Assembly: GCA_041577295.1 (NCBI GenBank)
Contig: JBFGJG010000065.1
Span: 1 to 19,994 of the forward strand
DNA from: Gemmatimonadales bacterium
GTDB taxonomy: Bacteria; Gemmatimonadota; Gemmatimonadetes; Gemmatimonadales; GWC2-71-9
Length of the DNA stretch: 19,994 nucleotides
Reading direction: 5' to 3'
The position numbers and the translations under genes were made by a program. The notes beneath the pieces were generated by a model, which searched no databases, had not been told where the DNA came from, and was given only the letters and a program-made list of their open reading frames with translations. This document shows, in pieces, positions 16,125 through 19,994 of the stretch; position 1 is the first letter of the stretch, and each line of letters starts with the position of its first letter.

Positions 16125-16952
16125 CTATCGCCGCTCCGCCAAGAGCTCCACCTCGGGACCGTCCTGTCGTAACAAGCTTCCCCGCCGATACCCGCGAAGA
16201 TCGAGCGTGACCCGCGCGAAGCCCAGTGCCAACATGCGGTCGCCAATGACCTGGCGGTTGCGACGAACGATAGAAAACTCGTGCGGCAACACCTCGATGC
16301 GTGCCTCCCCTCCCCGATGGCGCACGCGAAGGTCACCAGTGACGCCGAGCGTGCGAAGCAGCGCCTCGCCGCCCTCGACCTGTTGCAGCCGTCGGGTGGT
16401 CACGGGGAGACCGTACTGCACACGGCTCGACAGACACGGCGCTGCCGGCGCATCCCAAATAGGCAACCCCAACTCGCGAGCTTCAGCTCGCACATCCGCC
16501 TTCGTGTAACCGGCCTCCGCAAGCGGTGAGCGAATGTCGTGCTCCCGGGCCGCCGCGAGTCCTGGCCGGTGCTCACCAAGGTCGTCGGTGTTGGTACCAT
16601 CCGCCACAATGGCGAAACGACGCTCACGCGCGAGCGCGACCAGCTTGCCCCACAGCTCTTGCTTGCAGAAGTAGCAGCGATTGGACGGGTTTGCGGTGTA
16701 GCGCGGGTCGGCCAACTCGTCGGTGGCCACCTCGATGAGTGAGAGGTCGAACATACGGGCAATGGCGTGCGCCTGCTCGCGCTGCACCGCCGGGTACGAC
16801 GCGCTCACTCCCATCGCGGCGGCCGAACGTGTCTTTCCAAGCACCCGCCGCGCCACCACCGCCAACAGGGCGGAATCGACGCCGCCAGAATAGCCGATCA
16901 ACACCGACGGATACGTTACGACGAGAGCTTCTAATCGTGATTGGCCCGACAT
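16125..16952 (-). CDS. larE: LarE-family ATP-dependent sulfur transferase (PP-loop), 275 aa
   Basis: PP-loop YSGGVDS, NRCYFCK, DGTNTDDLGEHRPG, SPLAEAGYTKADVR, PCLSSR, RVRH, ARIEV, GFARVTLDLRGYRRGS. Confidence 0.93.
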   Translation of the reverse strand: MSGQSRLEALVVTYPSVLIGYSGGVDSALLAVVARRVLGKTRSAAAMGVSASYPAVQREQAHAIARMFDLSLIEVATDELADPRYTANPSNRCYFCKQELWGKLVALARERRFAIVADGTNTDDLGEHRPGLAAAREHDIRSPLAEAGYTKADVRAEARELGLPIWDAPAAPCLSSRVQYGLPVTTRRLQQVEGGEALLRTLGVTGDLRVRHRGGEARIEVLPHEFSIVRRNRQVIGDRMLALGFARVTLDLRGYRRGSLLRQDGPEVELLAERR

Positions 16953-16961
16953 GGCCTATAG

Positions 16962-16967
16962 ATAATA
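16962..16967 (-). promoter_or_regulatory. Putative sigma70 -10 hexamer (TATTAT), 9 nt before the larE ATG
   Basis: Minus strand reads TTC-TATTAT-CTATAGGCC-ATG; AT island with no clear Shine-Dalgarno. Confidence 0.45.
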
Positions 16968-16987
16968 GAAGGGGCGGGGAGAAAGAA

Positions 16988-17046
16988 GATTGAGATTGGG
17001 GATTGGTGAGCGATAACAAATCAACAATCAACAATCAGCAATCATT
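16988..17046. repeat. Inverted pair of heptamer arrays, (GATTGNN)x3 and (AATCANN)x4; possible terminator
   Basis: gattga gattggg gattggt (16988-17007) and aatcaac aatcaac aatcagc aatcatt (17019-17046). The GATTG and CAATC cores are complementary, and on the minus strand TTCTTTCT follows. Confidence 0.85.
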
Positions 17047-17048
17047 CG

Positions 17049-17942
17049 TCATCCCGCCCGTGTCCAAATAGCGATCACTCCACAGCCGATGTCGGAGTTG
17101 GTGAACTCACCCGGGACCTCGAACTCCGAGTAGATCTCGATCAGCTCGATGTCACGCGGCCCCACGACGTCATCGATCTGGTCACCCCGCCTCATCGGGA
17201 ACCGTACACCGTCGAGGTAGAGCGAGGGAACACAGCGCATGAAGCCACGGCCCATGAGCACTTGGATCGTCGGCCGAGCCTGCATGTCCAGACACGTCCC
17301 GCCGGCGGGGATGCTTGGGGCGTTACCGCTAGGGACGTTCGGAGCTCCAAACGCCGAACCCTCGAGCGGACCAAACAGCGCCTCGTCGAGACACTCACCC
17401 ACGTTCACGTAGTTCAGCCGGATCTTGCGCGATCGGGAGAGCGCGTGGCTCGTCTCCAGCGCGTGCCACTTCTCGAGGTCCGCGCGGGTAATGAAATCGC
17501 CACTGCTCAGCGTCATCCGCTCGAAGATCTCGCCGAGCCGATTGCGGGGCAGCCGCAGGGCTTCGACCGTAACCGCATCGAGCTCCACCGCACCCGGCTG
17601 GAGCGGAACCTCGATCTGATAAATCTTTGCCTTCGGCAGATTGATAATCACTTCGTAGGGCTGGTACCCCACGGCCCTAATGGCCAAGCGGTACTCACCG
17701 GGCGGGATATCGGTGGCGACGAATGCTCCGGATGCGTCGGTAACCGCGGCTTCGCGCCCCTCCAGCAGAATCTGCGCACCCTCCACAGGGGCTCCACGAT
17801 CCTGAGCCGTGATCAGTCCACGGAGCTCGGCCCCCGTGTTCTCCTGCGTTGTAGCGCTCGACCATGGGCAGAGCACCAACGCCCCAATGATGGCGAGAAG
17901 CGCCACTCGGCTTCGTCCGATGACTAGAGCTAGTCCACGCAT
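17049..17942 (-). CDS. Exported protein with a carboxypeptidase-regulatory-like domain and a TonB-receptor-plug-like C-terminal domain, no barrel, about 297 aa
   Basis: ATG 17942 preceded by GGAG; signal peptide; LRGLITAQDRGAPVEGAQI...TDASGAF...PPGEYRLAIRAVGYQP; VELDAVTVEA; FITRADLE; LYLDGV...DIELIEIY; ends CGVIAIWTRAG. The track start at 18398 is an over-extension. Confidence 0.82.
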   Translation of the reverse strand: MRGLALVIGRSRVALLAIIGALVLCPWSSATTQENTGAELRGLITAQDRGAPVEGAQILLEGREAAVTDASGAFVATDIPPGEYRLAIRAVGYQPYEVIINLPKAKIYQIEVPLQPGAVELDAVTVEALRLPRNRLGEIFERMTLSSGDFITRADLEKWHALETSHALSRSRKIRLNYVNVGECLDEALFGPLEGSAFGAPNVPSGNAPSIPAGGTCLDMQARPTIQVLMGRGFMRCVPSLYLDGVRFPMRRGDQIDDVVGPRDIELIEIYSEFEVPGEFTNSDIGCGVIAIWTRAG

Positions 17943-18018
17943 GGGTCTCCAAACACTCCCAATCTTCACGTATCGCCAACCCACGGCTAGGCCGCGGTGT
18001 TCGGTCGTGCTCTTGGAG

Positions 18019-18046
18019 GGCAATGCCGATGCGGGGCGGCATTGCC
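18019..18046. repeat. Perfect 10-bp inverted repeat with an 8-nt spacer in the divergent intergenic region
   Basis: GGCAATGCCG-atgcgggg-CGGCATTGCC; no U-tract on either side. Confidence 0.8.
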
Positions 18047-18064
18047 ACAGATAGCAAATCCGCT

Positions 18065-18079
18065 TCAAGCGGGATGCCA
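18065..18079 (-). promoter_or_regulatory. Possible sigma54 -24/-12 promoter for the plug-like gene
   Basis: TGGCAT-CCCGC-TTGA versus consensus TGGCAC-N5-TTGC. Spacing is correct; A replaces the -12 C. Confidence 0.35.
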
Positions 18080-18171
18080 CCCTGATAGCCTTCCTATTGT
18101 ATAAGCTAAGAAACCCGAGCGCCGCACAAAAGTTTCGCCCCTTTGGACGGGATTGGCGCATCCCTGCACCA

Positions 18172-18186
18172 CGGCACATTTTTGGC
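18172..18186 (+). promoter_or_regulatory. Possible sigma54 -24/-12 promoter for the Ig-domain lipoprotein gene
   Basis: CGGCAC-ATTTT-TGGC: GG-N10-GC spacing with two mismatches to consensus, 48 nt before ATG 18235. Confidence 0.3.
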
Positions 18187-18234
18187 GGGATGAGGCGGTA
18201 CGTGCCTTCTACCCCAGAAATCCAAGAACCGCCG

Positions 18235-19994
18235 ATGCCACGATCTGCTCCTCGACCCCGGTTCCTGCTCGCCGCCATCCTGCTCACGGCGGTCGCCTCG
18301 TTGAGCTGTCGCGGCGACGCCACAAATCCCGGCCCGCGAACGGTTTCACTGGCTGTGGTGCCCACGTTTGCCGCGAGCGGGGCCGCCGGGCTGGTCACCG
18401 TGGACCGGATCCGATTCGTGGTGCGGCGCGCCTCGGATCAGTCCCTCGTGCTGGACACCACCGTGGACATTGCGGATGGAGCCGAGACGGTCCAGGTCGA
18501 CATTCAGGTGAGCGCAAGCTCAGCCAACGAGGTGTTCCTCCTATCCCTCACGTTGTTCGATCTCGATGGCAACGAAGTGTTCACGGGTGGGCCCGCGGAA
18601 GTGCGGATCACCGCTGAGGGGAACGAACCCGTACCGGTCGAAGTGGAGCTGCAATACGTCGGGGTGGGCGCGAACGCCGTCGCGGTTCAGATTCTCACCC
18701 CCGACACGACGCTCTTCTTCGGTGAAACACTCGCACTCACCGCGCAAGCGATCGACGCAAACGAACAGCCAATCCCCGGAACGCCGATCGGGTGGAGCTC
18801 CCTCAACATCCAAGTAGTGGACGTTCCCGATCTCGCCGTTGGTCAGGGTACCGCCGGGAGCGGTAGAGGGGTGACGCAGGTCATGGCGACACTCCTCACG
18901 GGCCAGACGGATGCGATCGACGTCACCGTAACGGCAATGCCGAATTCGGTGATCATCCAATCCGGCGGGGGACAACGTGCGCTTCCAGACGCGCCGCTCC
19001 TGGAAGGCATCGTCGTGCAGGTTCTGGGCACCGACGGAATTGGGGCGCCGGACGTCGATGTGACATTCGCCGCGTCTGATGGAACACTTACGACGACCAC
19101 GGCCATCACCGACAACGAAGGATTGGCGCAGACCGATTGGACGCTCGGACCGACCGAAGGCCAGCAGACGATCACGGTGATGCTCCCCGATTTCCCCAAC
19201 ATCTCGGGAACCGTGCTCGCGACGGCGGTCGTACCGACTGGCATCCTAGGCGTATCGGACGGGCAACGGGCGGCGGTGGGCACCGCCGTTCCCTCCCGGG
19301 TTCAAGTCACTGCCGTCGACGGGCTCGGCGTACCGGGTGTCGACGTCGACTTTCGGACCGGGTTTGGGTCGGTATCACCGCCGATCGTGACAACGGACCC
19401 GGGCGGCTTTGCGGAAACCACCTGGACAATCGGAACAGCGGAGGGAGATCAGACCATTGACGTTGCGCTCCCGGACTTCACGGGAATCATGACGACGATG
19501 ACGACGACCGCAGTCACTCCACCACCTCCGGGCACCGACGTCGTTGTGTTCAATGACATGAACATCTTCGATGAAAACGCGATGCAGGACCCGAACAATC
19601 AGCTGCTGGTCCGGAACCTGGTCGGCTTCACCGGATCGGGGCCACGTGCTGACGGTACTGTGGTGTGGTTCGACAAGGGGCGCAGCTCGCCATGTTTCAA
19701 CAACGGCGAGTGCGGCATTGGCGTAAACGCGACGATGCTAGCGGAGATCCAAGGCCTTGGGCTCACCGTGATCGAGATGAGCTCCGATACCGGGGCGGTC
19801 TATACGCAGATCCCGCCGGAGGTCAAAGCCATCTTCTTGTGGAACCCAACGGTTCAGTTCACGACGGAAGAGATGGCTGGCTTCATGCAGTTCGTGGCTG
19901 AGGGTGGCCGAGTCGTATTCATTGGCGAATGGGATGGATTCTACGGTGCCGCCGGGCTCGCCACCGAGAACCAGTTCCTGCTAGACATCGGTGC
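18235..19994 (+). CDS. Large Ig-like-domain lipoprotein (3' end beyond the right edge)
   Basis: Not in the ORF track; translated by hand and open for more than 580 codons. MPRSAPRPRFLLAAILLTAVASLS-C lipobox; a Big_2-like segment (TLALTAQAIDANEQPIPGTPIGWSS); two Big_1-like repeats; a TPPPP linker; then an alpha/beta domain (KAIFLWNP...FVAEGGRVVFIGEWDGF). An alternative in-frame ATG lies at 18190. Confidence 0.88.
   Translation, partial: MPRSAPRPRFLLAAILLTAVASLSCRGDATNPGPRTVSLAVVPTFAASGAAGLVTVDRIRFVVRRASDQSLVLDTTVDIADGAETVQVDIQVSASSANEVFLLSLTLFDLDGNEVFTGGPAEVRITAEGNEPVPVEVELQYVGVGANAVAVQILTPDTTLFFGETLALTAQAIDANEQPIPGTPIGWSSLNIQVVDVPDLAVGQGTAGSGRGVTQVMATLLTGQTDAIDVTVTAMPNSVIIQSGGGQRALPDAPLLEGIVVQVLGTDGIGAPDVDVTFAASDGTLTTTTAITDNEGLAQTDWTLGPTEGQQTITVMLPDFPNISGTVLATAVVPTGILGVSDGQRAAVGTAVPSRVQVTAVDGLGVPGVDVDFRTGFGSVSPPIVTTDPGGFAETTWTIGTAEGDQTIDVALPDFTGIMTTMTTTAVTPPPPGTDVVVFNDMNIFDENAMQDPNNQLLVRNLVGFTGSGPRADGTVVWFDKGRSSPCFNNGECGIGVNATMLAEIQGLGLTVIEMSSDTGAVYTQIPPEVKAIFLWNPTVQFTTEEMAGFMQFVAEGGRVVFIGEWDGFYGAAGLATENQFLLDIG
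18970..19515 (+). repeat. Two intragenic tandem Ig-like (Big_1/invasin-type) domain repeats
   Basis: Repeat 1 (about 18970-19230): GQRA...VQVLGTDGIGAPDVDVTF...TDNEGLAQTDWTLGPTEGQQTITVMLPDF...TAV. Repeat 2 (about 19261-19515): GQRA...VQVTAVDGLGVPGVDVDF...TDPGGFAETTWTIGTAEGDQTIDVALPDF...TAV. Confidence 0.85.

Noticed and set aside
18154..18168. TGGCGCATCCCTGCA as a sigma54 promoter
   Set aside because: Only 9 nt between GG and GC; sigma54 needs 10.
17943..18234. tRNA, riboswitch or other ncRNA in the largest spacer
   Set aside because: No cloverleaf or riboswitch consensus recognisable by eye; an Infernal/Rfam scan would be needed to exclude it fully.
17943..18398. 152-aa N-terminal extension of the plug-like ORF
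   Set aside because: Crosses the divergent promoter region and is antisense to the plus-strand lipoprotein start; ATG 17942 has an SD and is followed by a signal peptide.
19489..19509. ATGACGACG tandem repeat
   Set aside because: In-frame codon repeat (MTTMTTT) in a Thr-rich segment; no sign of phase variation.

Overview
GC-rich, densely coding chromosomal window that looks like core genome. The gene content and protein style suggest a Gemmatimonadota-type diderm (inference, not searched). Sixteen genes lie on the minus strand. In transcription order: a barrel-less carboxypeptidase-regulatory/TonB-plug-like exported protein; larE-thpR-membrane-anchored hypothetical-NtrX/NtrC-like sigma54 response regulator; aldehyde dehydrogenase; a 92-aa hypothetical; a short RpoD/SigA-family sigma factor; rimO-hemL-SpoIID/LytB lipoprotein-outer-membrane beta-barrel-Gfo/Idh/MocA oxidoreductase-lnt; and hydantoinase/oxoprolinase A and B (B runs off the left edge). 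One large Ig-domain lipoprotein gene starts divergently on the plus strand at about 18235 and runs off the right edge. It and hydantoinase B are missing from the ORF track. I see no rRNA, tRNA, CRISPR array or mobile element. The main unexplained structure is non-coding: four spacers behind stop codons carry 7-nt-period tandem arrays with different units. Three are arranged as opposed pairs, two supply the upstream stop codon, and one pair brackets a terminator and fits G-quadruplex motifs. Other leads are a stand-alone CxxC...C-type LarE with no lar partners, possible leaderless starts, and possible back-to-back sigma54 promoters. I cannot claim a new system from sequence alone.
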